Notes under the pieces: model-generated
The model's input: only the letters and a program-made list of their open reading frames with translations
What the model was told of the DNA's origin: nothing
The model's database searches: none
In this document: piece by piece, positions 28,404-39,840 of the stretch
Layout of the letters: each line of letters opens with the position of its first letter
How positions within the stretch are numbered: position 1 is the first letter of the stretch
Position numbers and translations under genes: made by a program
NCBI RefSeq assembly: GCF_964204865.1
Contig: NC_135251.1
Span: 26,722,001 to 26,786,000 of the forward strand
Source: Styela clava
Lineage: Eukaryota
Direction: 5' to 3'
Length of the DNA stretch: 64,000 bases

Positions 28404-28720
28404 CAGGGGTGTGCAACCTTTTTCGCAGGCGGACCAAATATCAATAACCAGGTGAAACCGCGGGCCGCACCTACATTTAACACAGCTTTCAAACTCAGCT
28501 TTCTATTAGTTGCAGGCACAAAATGATGTCCTTTTGTTATTGATCTCATGTCATCATTAGGGGTCCTTGCAGAAATGACAAGTTAAAACGCCTAAATTGT
28601 TAGCTTTTGTATCTTTTAATATTAATTTTTTTTAAACTGCTCTCCAGTTGCCTCCGCGGGCCGCACAATTTTCCTTTGCGTGCCGCATTTGGCCCGCGGG
28701 CCGCACTTTGCACACCCCTG
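28404..28720. mobile_element. hAT (Charlie-like) MITE
   Basis: TIRs CAGGGGTGTGCAA ... TTGCACACCCCTG; GCGGGCCGC subterminal repeats; perfect TSD TTATAGAC. Confidence 0.9.
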
Positions 28721-29615
28721 TTATAGACGACAGCAAGAACAGCTGGTAATGAAGCTATCCATTCTGTTTACTTGCTCACCTAAACAGTGACCAATTATAA
28801 ATAGTGCTATTTATAGATGGACTTGCTAATGTGTACTATCACAAATTGTATAAATTTTATGTATTCAAAAGTGGTGATTACCGAAAATATTATCCTTTCA
28901 ATAGCAAATTGGAGTAACATACTTATGCAATACATATACATACACACATATGCATACATAGCAATACTCCATTCCTTCGTATATAATATGTTTCACAGGT
29001 TAGAATTCTGTCGACATTTTGTGGATTAAGACACAGATACAAATATCTGTACTGATTTAAGATGTTAGAAACTAAAAAAGACAACTGTAGATTCGGTAAT
29101 TCTTTCAATAATACTTGTATTCGAACAACATTGGTTTCTTATGAACCAAATGCATCTAGTAGTTGCATTCATAACATAATACAAAAATCAAACTGGCTGG
29201 TTATCAATCATTAGATCTAGCATGAAGAACATTTTTGATTTATTCATTAGTTTTTTTAATATATGCACGGCCTCGGTAAATCTAGAGGCGACCGATCCAA
29301 ATTTATCGATACCTTTTGAAATGTGGCACTGTTTTAATTTTCACATTTGTCTATTGGCCGGTTTTGGAAGAACGAGAAAAGGAAAATTCATTTGTTCGGT
29401 AAATAAAACACAGTATAACAGTTTTACATGAAATAAAGATTTTTGGTGAATGTCTGGGTAGTAACGAGACGACCATAGGACGACCATTCAAGTCAAATTT
29501 TTCTCAGTTTCCATAGGAAAAGGAGACTTGTATTATATGCCCTTTTAAACTCGAAGTTTAATATATATGTTAACCAAATTCTAAATAATATTCTATATAT
29601 GTTATTTTATTTTAG

Positions 29616-30195
29616 CTTCATCAGGCCTGAGTACAAAATTGTAAGTAGTGAACGGAAAGAAAGTTGAAGTTTCTGTATCTTGTCATCACGAGTTACAAAA
29701 CTCCGATATTTCATCATGGAACGGAGTCATTCTTCTGTACAGTATTTTACAATTAAATTCATTGGAATACATATCAAAAGAAGCTGTTCCATGCTTGCAA
29801 ACTTCGCAGAGCGGCGGTAACACAATAGTTGCTGAGAATGGCCAACGTAATGAAACAGACAACGGGGAAAAATCAATAAAACTTTGCACTGTTCTTGTGG
29901 GAAACAAAGCAAATGAAGCAAAATAAGTAGGAATGTAAAGGTAGATGAAGGTGAAAAATTATCATCTGAACTGGGCTGTGTTGGATTTTTTGAAACATCT
30001 GTAACTTGTAATGAAAACGTCACAAAATCTTTTGAATCGCTGATACAAAAAATGTTGGAGGAGTTGGCCAAAATACCTCCGGAGAAAATAACAAAGCCCA
30101 AGTCAAATGTAATATATCGTGGTTTGAAAGAAACCTCGACATACAGGAAATACATGAGCGTTAGAGATTCATGCACATCAGTCCCGGCAAATTGA
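29616..30195 (+). pseudogene. Decayed terminal exon of a Ras-superfamily small GTPase-like gene (copy 1)
   Basis: Acceptor TTATTTTATTTTAG; NGVILLYSI...SLE..., G4-like VLVGNKAN, then after a frameshift at ~29922 RNVKVDEGEKLSSELGCVGFFETSVTCNENVTKSFESLIQKM (G5-like); in-frame stop near the exon start. Confidence 0.78.
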
Positions 30196-30241
30196 TGATC
30201 AAGACATGATGTATTAACGACAACCGACAATACGTAACATT

Positions 30242-32458
30242 ATTAATGCTGATACGCTTGTTAACGGAGGGTACAGTTTTGATGCTGGCGGTTCTCCAAG
30301 TATTAAGAATGCAGTTTTTGAAGCAGCAAAACTCGTGACTAATCCTAACCCAAATGAAATATCCATGGGAAGAAAAACTGTATACGATACATGGGCTTAT
30401 ACAAATGGAGGGAACGAACCTGAGTAAGCATCCCAGTGTACTTATTTGTCTCCAAGACTTAGACATTCCAGTAATTTTTGTTATATTTATACTTATTCAT
30501 CGCGACCCTATTTTGTAAAATTTGCAGATTTTCAACACTTGGATCAGGTAGTGACTACACAATGTTCTTGCAGCTCACTGGCACTACAGTAATGAATGCA
30601 AATTACATATTTGATTCGGTGAGTAAATCTCAAAATGACAAATTTATTTTAGATATCAATAGATATTTAATTTAAAGTAGTTGTATATTTCTTTTTCTGT
30701 AAAAATGTGAGAAAAACCTATAATGAATTGATTTTTTTTTAGAGAATTGATATCCCCGGCTATCCAGTGTACCATTCCGTGTATGAAACATTCGATTTTG
30801 TTAAAAATTTTGTGGATCCAAATTTCCTCAATCATCAAGCAGCGGCGAGAGTTTTAGCGGAATTGACAAGAAATTTGGCGGACTCGCCAGTTTTGCCTTT
30901 GAGCGCTGTAGATTATGCAACAAAAATGAATGCTGATAAAAAAGCAATGTTGAATATTTATAAACAAAATCTGACTGATCATTGCATGGATCCAAGTAAG
31001 TACATATACCAGTTTTATGATACAGATAAATTTTGATAATTTATTTATTTTGATAAGAAATTCTGCCAATAGGTGTAATGTTTTGTGTTCACGAACAACT
31101 CAAACATACTCATAAATTATATATGTCTTCTCCACTTTGGTCATTTCAGCATTACTCGACGACGCCGTCGCAAACTTTACCACAGCAGCAACGAATCTTC
31201 ATAAAAGAATTAACAATCTCGATCTGACAGAGTAAGATGACTGTATATTATTTAACACTATGTTTATCTAAACGAAGCGCGATTCACTGATTATCCGACT
31301 TCCGACGTTAATCTGCTTCCAATCCTCCTTCCAACGAACCAACCGTGACATAGCTGAAATTGCGCCTTTGTAGGAAACGGAGTGGACCTATAGATCGTCT
31401 TGTTATTGTTGTTCTGCTTGTTATTTATTATTTATTCTTCTTCCTATTGTTACGAAAAAAATTGCCTTTCTCTTTAAATTAATGAAACGAATGATTTGAA
31501 ATTACTAGTCGTTGAAGTGATTAAAGATTGCATTTTTCGCAAGAAGTCTATATTTTATTTATTTCAAATATTCCTGTGAGCTCTATGAAATTAGTTGTTT
31601 CGTGGGCTATGATGTCATTAAAATTTGCACACCTGACGGCGGTTCCGCCAACACATATCAGCGAATCTCGTTTGCAGCGAACGTCGGCGGATCTCCAGTA
31701 GGTTGTCGTGCTTTCATTATAATTATTGTCCTTATTAAAAATTGGAGTTTAGGCATAACCTTGTTTTGTAATTTAATTAAGATTTACGCACTGAAGCAAT
31801 TTTATTGTAGAAAATAAAACCCTTGATCAAACTCAAACTGGGTAAACTCTTTCTGTAACTTGTAATGAGTGCTTGATGGAGTAACAGATCTGATGTCGAT
31901 ATCATATGTATATATGTATTTTCAGTGCACTAGCCGTGAGAGCAATCAATGATCAACTTATGCAACTTGAACAAGCATTCATCGATAAACAAGGAATAGA
32001 AGGAAGGAGCCAGTTTAGGTAATAACATTTTTTCTTCCATTCTGAAAAGACGTTCATAAGTACATACATTGTTGTAAAAGTTATTTTTCATTGGGAACTT
32101 TCTTTATTTGTGTGATTATATATATTATTTAGTCACGTGATATACGCTCCAAGTCTCCACAATACGTATGGAGGAGCAGCATTCCCTGGACTTGTTGACT
32201 CGATGTTTGAAATCAACGCTGACCCAGATCGAGATGCAAGATGGGAAAAGGTAACTTACCTGAATTTGTATATGAATGGTATTTATTTCTGCAATTTTAT
32301 TACCTTTAAAAAATAGAATTACACTATAATAATATGAAAGCTGAAAAATATTTTCTTTTCAGGTCCGTCGGCAATATGCTATCCTCCTATACCACATCGG
32401 TTCGGCGTCATCGACACTGAGAGATGTTGTACCAATCAAGGGATATTCAAACGTTTAG
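30242..32458 (+). pseudogene. 5'-truncated duplicate of copy B (copy D): mid-exon 9 to stop codon
   Basis: Near-identical to 19942-22220; begins abruptly at ATTAATGCTGAT (INAD) fused to the Ras-like segment; no upstream exons or promoter. Confidence 0.88.
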
Positions 32459-33606
32459 TGAAACTAAAACGAGTTGACTCAATGTAATTTTGTGATATAT
32501 ATTTGTAAAATGATTCCCAAATGAATCTACATAAAATTTAAAAGGTAATCCCGTAGTATGTGAACCCAGATCACGGACACCGGAACGTAGTATGTGTACC
32601 AGGTTAAGGTTAGGCCTTAAAGCAACTGTTGATAACCTTAAGCACTGAATCCCTTCAGCAGGCCTAAGTATACACAGTGAAATAGAAAATTAGAGAGGGT
32701 GACTTTTGCTGAATCCATATTGATGACATAAGATAGATAGAAACCTAATAGCATTTTAAAAGCAGAAACGGATATTGAAACTAATTTTAAAACCTGATCG
32801 GAAGCTCTTGGAGGTGCGGCGTTTCATCAGAAATATAAAATTAGATCTAACAACAACCAAGCACGAATGGATATACGGCACTATTTAAATATTTTTTGTG
32901 ACCTATTTTGAAGTATTTGTTGAGTTGCTATGCAGACATGATAGAGTGATTTTAAGAAGCTACGTTAGACATCCTATAATATTATGGAATTGTGATTGCG
33001 AGTAGACTCCGTGGTGGAGTTTGCATTCTCCCTTCAATATTCCAAAATATTTGCATCAACAGGCATCCTCATGTTGTCGACATCTATATTTCTACTTCAA
33101 TGGCCTTATATGCTCAAACGAAACAAAATTTTATACCCAATGTATCAAATCAAGAAGCATTTATTGCAACAATAGAAAAAATGATACTGTACAGCAGACG
33201 AGTTTTTAAGTTCATTGAACTGTTGATTTTGAATTGTTGATTCAAATTCATTGAAGGTTGTTCCTCGATCTAATATGTTTGCTTTGTGGAAAGTATATTG
33301 AACAGCATTATGAATAATTTTAGGGTGGGCTTGTCTACTTGGTTTGCTGAGCTCCATGTTGTTTTGTTATTTATCACGCATTTTATTCTATCTTTATTAA
33401 AATTAGTTTTAAAAATTTAAAGACTTATCAAATCTAATATTTCATATTAAACTGTAGCATAGTGACACACATAGGTCGTGTAATCAGATATTGCCTAGTC
33501 ACTGTTGTTTAAAGTTTATCGACAATGATGATCGTATAATTAATTAATCAATTTACAAACTATTTAATATTAACTATGAAAATTTAATTTTTAAAGAGCT
33601 AAAACT

Positions 33607-33693
33607 ATGGCGACTCAATGTAACCAAAAAATTATAAGAGAGTAAAATGATAATGGATGAAATAAAGGCGGTGAGTATTGTGCAACATTTAAT
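33607..33693 (+). pseudogene. Orphan exon 1 remnant of a NAALADase-like copy with the transmembrane segment deleted
   Basis: ATGGCGACTCAATGTAACCAAAAAATTATA joined directly to GAGTAAAATGATAATGGATGAAATAAAG...AT|GTCAGT; preceded by sequence homologous to the copy B upstream region (~15420-15940); reads MATQCNQKIIRE*. Confidence 0.82.
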
Positions 33694-34052
33694 GTCAGTA
33701 CCTTCTTGCAATTTAAATGTAATTAAAAGTGAGCGACTTGACATAGTCTGAATAGATTTCTCAGAAAAAATCAAATCAAAAAGCGGGATGACATATTATA
33801 ATGAGACTTATTTATTACCAAAAATCGCAACATTTCTACAATTAGGTAAAATTTGCCTAATAGGTATATCTTCACTTTGTATTAACCATAATTGTTCGTT
33901 GTAACAAAATCAAGCGCATTCAAAGTTATAAGCTTCTTGTTTTTGCTTATTTGAAAACAAAATTGAAGACGTCAGGTCGGGGCACTATTTCAAGATTTTG
34001 TGTGACCTATTTTGAAGTCTCTGTTGAGTTGCTATGCAGACATGATAGACTG

Positions 34053-34513
34053 CAGTGGTTCTCAAACTTTTTGAAAAATTATGCATAATGGTCCCCTTGC
34101 AATTTTTTTAGTGACTCGCGGTCCACTAAAAAATGAAAGCAAATAGCAACGCGGTATATCAAGCATTCATCTACTGACTGACATCAAAATATTGACATTG
34201 ATTCATCTACTGACTGACAATAAAATATTGACATTGACATTAATTTTTAAATTACCCCGAAAAAGTTGACAATCAGATGCACACGCCTTTCATAAACAAT
34301 AAGCTCTGATTTACGGTACTTGCCACGTTCAAGAACGTTGGTTACGTAATAATGTCCTCAGTAGAGCCTGTCGTGATTTGGATAAACGCTGTAAAAGTAT
34401 GACATCAAAATTTTACTTCAAATCAAAGTGCGAGCTTTAAGTTGTCTCACTGTCTCCCTAAAATCGCTTCGCGGACCCCTAAGCGACCGCGGACCACAGT
34501 TTGAGAACCAATG
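34053..34513. mobile_element. hAT MITE
   Basis: CAGTGGTTCTCAAAC ... GTTTGAGAACCAATG; flanking duplication TGATAGACTG/TGATAGAGTG; empty site CATGATAGAGTGAT at ~32937. Confidence 0.85.
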
Positions 34514-35698
34514 TGATAGAGTGTTATTAAGAAGCTACGTTAGAAGTTCAGTCTATAATATTATGAGTTCTGATTGCGAGTAGACTCCATATAGTGGAGT
34601 TTGCATACCCTCTTAATATTTCAAAATATTTCCATCCACATGTATGCGAATATATTAGAATTGTACACTTAAATATAACAGCATTCCCATAAAAAGGATC
34701 ATTCAAGTTTTAAAAGTGTGTTGGAGATCAACCATAATTGAGATAATTAAAAATGTAGCGGGTATTCTGGGATCAAAAAATCCGACACAATAAAACGAAG
34801 GCTTACAGGAAACAACGGAAGATATAATAGCAATAAAATTTGCTAAGTAAGTTCAAACTTTGTCTTACCTAGTATGTGTAATTTATTCGCTGAAGGGAGA
34901 AAGGCAATTGCTCTCTCTATTCTGCACATGAATTTTCAAAATACAAATTTGACACATTCAAAGATTTAAAGAGTTTGAAATGTCAAAAATATGTCGATGA
35001 GGATATTTCTCTGATATTGTTTAAAAACAGTCCACGAGCAAAGCATTGCTTAGTTATATAATACGATATGCTTTTCACTCGTTGGAATTCACATTGAAGT
35101 AGCAACAAAAAATTACAAACTTCATTGTGCAATATAAAACATCAAATTCAAACATTGTATTAATTGTCATGCATTGCAATTGAATCTGAGTGTATATTCA
35201 AGCCAAATGGTTGCACATAACACACCTTGTGCACGGTGTAATAAACTGCGTGGACAATGCTTTCCGTATGTAAAAGCTTTTTAAGTAGGCCCTATCAATT
35301 GAATTAGGCCGTGAAAACATTCCATGAATTTATAAAACTTCCGATACCCACAAGAATAACAAAATATTTACATCGGATTGGATGGCCTTCTTTAATTTAT
35401 TGTTTCGATCTGTTTGAGAACAGATATTCGTGGTTTCTTGAGTTCACGCTTTAGCTGTGCGGACAGGAAATCAGCCAATTTCTCAATTGTTGTCATCTAT
35501 TTTCATTCTTGAACATGGGATTATCATTCCCATGGGTATAGCGCGGAAAACGTCCCATGAGGTGGGTGGTATGGGAAAGTACACAAGATATTTTCAATGG
35601 CAATATTATTACGTAATCTATGTCCCTGACTGTTATACTTTTTACCTTCCAAAAGATGTATATATCTAAATTTGTTTAGGGCGGGATACCATATAGAT

Positions 35699-35922
35699 CA
35701 GACATGGGTAAAGTACGGCCCGCGGGCCAAATCTGGCACGGAATTTGTTGAGATTGTGATTAAATTTAGTTTTGACACGAGGGTTGTTGTTTTCCACTGT
35801 TGCTTTTGTAACACTGTAAATATTATTCATAAAATGTAACTTTTTACGTCACACTTACATGGCCCGCCAGTCTAGGTAGGCAAAATTTTTGGCCCCTTGT
35901 TCAAAAACCTTGTCCACCCCTG
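35699..35922. mobile_element. hAT MITE (duplicate of 24373-24596)
   Basis: Same TIRs and ATATAGAT TSD. Confidence 0.85.
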
Positions 35923-36120
35923 ATATAGATGCACACATATTTTCATTTAAGATTATTTACCATGATTGGCCGAGGAATTGCCATGCCATGAGATGGATGA
36001 AACAAGCATAAATTGCCATGCGAAGAGATCGGACGGAAAATATGTCTCATGGACAAGCTTGCTCATTCTGATTATGATTTTACAATCGTTTGGCTGTTTT
36101 ATTTGTCCTTTTTAAAACAG

Positions 36121-36940
36121 ATTGATACGTGCTTTTCGGAAACCATCGAGATGCATAGGTTTTCGGCTCTATAGATCGATCCATCATCCGGAACTGCTAC
36201 AATGCTGGAACTTTTTAGGGCAATTGGTGCGGCAGTAAGGAATGGATGGAAACCTCGCCGAACAAGTGTATTTTGCAGCTGGGGAGCTGAGGAATATGGA
36301 TTGATCGGATCTGCTGAATGGGTTGAAGTGTGTTTTACTAATAGTATTATTTCTTCAGACACCTCATGTATATAAACACGTCCTATAATAAATTCAGTTA
36401 TACGAAGTAGTCCTAAATAATTTTCTTCGGCTAACGTTGTTTTGTAAATCAAAAATAATTTGAAACTTGATAACTAATATAATTTGATTTACTCAAAAGC
36501 TGTTTTATCAACACAGGACTATAAATATATTAGATATAAGTCCAGTGTTCCAATATCGAGCAACAAACTCAGATTCTATGATTATTTCCGATTATTTTCG
36601 GTCACATTTATTCATTTAAAAGTAATTATAAGGCGTTGAAATGTGTTATACTATAACAATTTTAAAGAATATGGAGCAACTACATGGAGTTGAAAACATT
36701 CAAAACGCTTTCTACAGGAGTTTCAGAGAGTTTTGGGTTCGAGATCTGTTGCCTACCTAAACGTTGATTCCTCCATTAGAGGGGGTTATAGTTTTAGTGG
36801 TGGTGGTTCTCCAAGTATTAAGAATGCCGTATTTGAAGCCGCACAACTCGTGACTAATCCATATCCAAGTGAAATAGCCGAGGGAAGAAAGAATGTATAC
36901 GATACATGGGCTTATACAAATGGAGATATCAAACCTGGGG
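36121..36940 (+). pseudogene. Duplicate of pseudogene C (copy C'), exons 8-9 only
   Basis: Extra lesions: CGA to TGA, TGG to TAG, and a 4-bp duplication (ATAGATCGATCC); exons 10-15 removed by a deletion. Confidence 0.87.
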
Positions 36941-37546
36941 AAGCTACTCCATTTACCTAGTCTTTAAAAAAATTTCCTTCTCTGTGTTTTATACTCACCT
37001 CAATCCCTGTCAGTAAAGAAAGGTACAGTTTTTATATTTAAAATACTGTGAGAGACTTTGTTCGTTGATTGTTACCAGTTTTGGCAAATTTCGCTGTTGT
37101 GTCGCGCGTAACTTCCCTTATTTTTGTCTAAACAAACATGAGGTTTGTGTATTTTATGCCTCGTCTGCTTTATTCAGTATCTTTATTCATTGTGGTATTC
37201 GGCCTCGTTTGGTACAATTAGGGTGAAGGTAGGGTAGTTAGGGTAATATATGAGCATTGTTGTATTTGCTGTGAATTATATTTGTTTTATTTTTAATTCT
37301 CATTTACTGCTTGCTTGGTTCAGTTACTAATTTTCAATAATTGATAAACCGTTATCGTTGACGTATATAGCTAGGCCATTTCGTAATTGTTAACTCAGGA
37401 TATAAAGCGTTTTCGTTTTTGTCCTATTACCTTCGCTGATGATGACTTTTTATTCCCTTTTTTATGATTTATCGTTAAACTCAAAGTTTAATAGATATGT
37501 TAACCAAATTCTAAATAATATTCAATATATGTTATTTTATTTTAGC

Positions 37547-38127
37547 TTCATCGGGCCCGAGTACAAATGTGTAAGTAGTGAACGGAAAGAAAGTTGAAGT
37601 TTCTGTATCTTGTCATCACGAGTTACAAAACTCCGATATTTCATCATGGAACGGAGTCATTCTTCTGTACAGTATTTTACAAGTAAATTCATTGGAATAC
37701 ATATCAAAAGAAGCTGTTCCATGCTTGCAAACTTTGCAGAGCGGCGGTAACACGATAGTTGCTGAGAATGGCCAACATAATGAAACAGACAACGGGGAAA
37801 AATCAATAAAACTTTGCACTGTTCTTGTGGGAAACAAAGCAAATGAAGCAAAATAAGTAGGAATGTAAAGGTAGATGAAGGTGAAAAATTATCATCTGAA
37901 CTGGGCTGTATTGGTTTTTTTTGAAACATCTGTGACTTGTAATGAAAACGTCCCAAAATATTTTGAATCGCTGATACAAAAAATGTTGGAGTAGTTGGCC
38001 AAAATACCTCCGGAGAAAACAACAAAGCCCAAGTTCAAATGTAATATATCGTAGTTTGAAAGAAACCTCGACATACAGGAAATACATGAGCGTTAGAGAT
38101 TCATGCACATCAGTCCCGGTAAATTGA
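37547..38127 (+). pseudogene. Decayed Ras-like small GTPase exon (copy 2)
   Basis: Near-identical to 29616-30195 with additional frameshifts and stops. Confidence 0.75.
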
Positions 38128-38676
38128 TGATCAAGACATGATGTATTAACGACAACCGACGATACGTAACATTGTAAACCAAGTTCAATCAGAAGAAATT
38201 TTTCAAAAATATTGGATAGGGGGAACTAATATAAATGATTATTAGTAAACCACTTTTGTGATATTTTAGTTCGGTTTTAAAGAACAATGTTGAGCGGGGC
38301 AAGTAGAGAAATTGTGAGACAAGCAAGACAAGTTTTATTCAATCAGTACGCATATATGTGAGACAATTAAAAGAAGTGTGGGATATTGGAGCAAAATGAT
38401 CAATGGAGAGTTAAATATTGAAACACGATAGGAGAGGTTTTGAACCGCGTATTACCTCCTGTAACCTTAATTTTGATTTCCTGATCAGGTTGCAATTGTC
38501 TGGTGTCACGTTAGAATTAGCATTGCTCCAACAGGAAGAGCCCATTACGACCAGTCGCACTTGATTTTTAATCGGATCTTCCTGGAATAATCTGCATGCT
38601 GCTGTAATGAAAATATGTTAAAATAGAGTAATCAAATACTCAACTCATGTTCCATTGCGTTTCCAATTCCTTGAAA

Positions 38677-38900
38677 CAGCGGTTGCCAAAGAGTGAGTTG
38701 CTAAGTGCGCCTCGAAAATTAACAGAATTGTGTGAAACGTATCTAAAATATAATTGAATATTTTACATATCGTATCTATTATTAATTTTTTATTGTTTAT
38801 GATTTTAAATGCTGTAAATATGAATCAATAAATTCGTTTTACCCTTCTATGTCGTTTACTTTCTGTAACGTAGTGTCTGCCTCCATTGTTACGTACAGAT
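38677..38900 (+). mobile_element. End fragment of a hAT-like element, homologous (inverted) to ~62490-62701
   Basis: Terminus CAGCGGTTGCCAAA; ATATAATTGAATATTTTACATAT...ATGAATCAA...ACTTTCTGTAACGTAG matches the reverse complement of ~62490-62635. Confidence 0.6.
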
Positions 38901-39396
38901 AGACACCACTTGCCACAATTTCGCGTGCTGAATAAAGTTAAGCGAACATGAGTGATTTTTTTAGCATTTCAAAGAAAAATCAGGCAAAAATGAGGAAGAG
39001 TAGTTGACTTTCTGTTTTTATTCCTTAGGCCTACGTGTTTACAAACTTGCAAAGACATGGAGTACACATTAATGAGTACAAAATTGAGTTTCATTTAAAA
39101 GCAGCATAGCATTTTGTTTCCGTATAAGTGCGCCGTGGGTTTTTCCCTAATAATGCAAGAACAAAAAGTTTGACGTCTAAATTTGATGTCACTGCTGATT
39201 GCTGATCAACCGTTTCTGAAATCAGCCTCTCAGCTATTGAAGGGTGTGATTTGATGTGTAGGGCGACGCCTCGCTGTTCTTCTCGATCAATCCCTTTACA
39301 TAGTATGAGTGATGTCCAGCACTTCCTCAGCACCACTACGTAACTAACGTTCCGTATTCATCGTTTAAACTCTATCTCTATATATATTCTCTAGTC

Positions 39397-39840
39397 CAGC
39401 GTTCCCCAAACTTCTAGAGCCGCGTACCCCCTGTTTTAGAATCTACTTTTTGACGGACCCCCATTCTATGCCGTAATAATGCCTGTGCCTAACCAACGTG
39501 GAATGGTAATGTTTCATTTACATCACAATAACACGAAAGATATTAATGTGTTAGATGAGATTGCTTTCGACTGCACAATTTATCAATTTCCGTAGCAATT
39601 TGTGATAAGAAAACTCGCAAGTCCGACTCAACGGCAAGTGTCGACCTGTATTTTGTCATCGAATTGGTAAAAGATGAAAGCGCTGCCTCAAACATGCAGG
39701 TTTTCCTAATTGCCTTTTCTGACAGCAATTTCGTCTGTGACGTTCCAACGAAAATATATCAATTGTCGGAGGATAAGGCAGAACTTGCCTGTCCGTGAGT
39801 ATTACAAATAATTTGTTCCTTGCTTTGTCCATGAACAAGT
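39397..39840 (-). mobile_element. hAT Charlie/Buster (ZBED5/SCAND3/FAM200-like) transposase C-terminal relic with 3' TIR
   Basis: TIR CAGCGTTCCCCAAACT at 39397; minus strand LSEKAIR...FEAALSSFTNSMTKYRSTLAVESDLRVFLSQIATEIDKLCSRKQSHLTH* matches the hATC dimerisation tail. Confidence 0.85.

Larger units (their letters stand above)
19942..38173 (+). repeat. Tandem segmental duplication: unit 1 19942-30241, unit 2 30242-~38173, each with its own internal deletion
   Basis: 30242 onward matches 19942 onward base for base (offset 10300); 34245-37478 matches ~22917-26150; ~37476-38173 matches ~29546-30241. Confidence 0.9.

Noticed and set aside
33607-33693. A secreted (TM-less) peptidase isoform start
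   Set aside because: The deletion shifts frame and gives a stop after 12 codons; exons 2-7 do not follow
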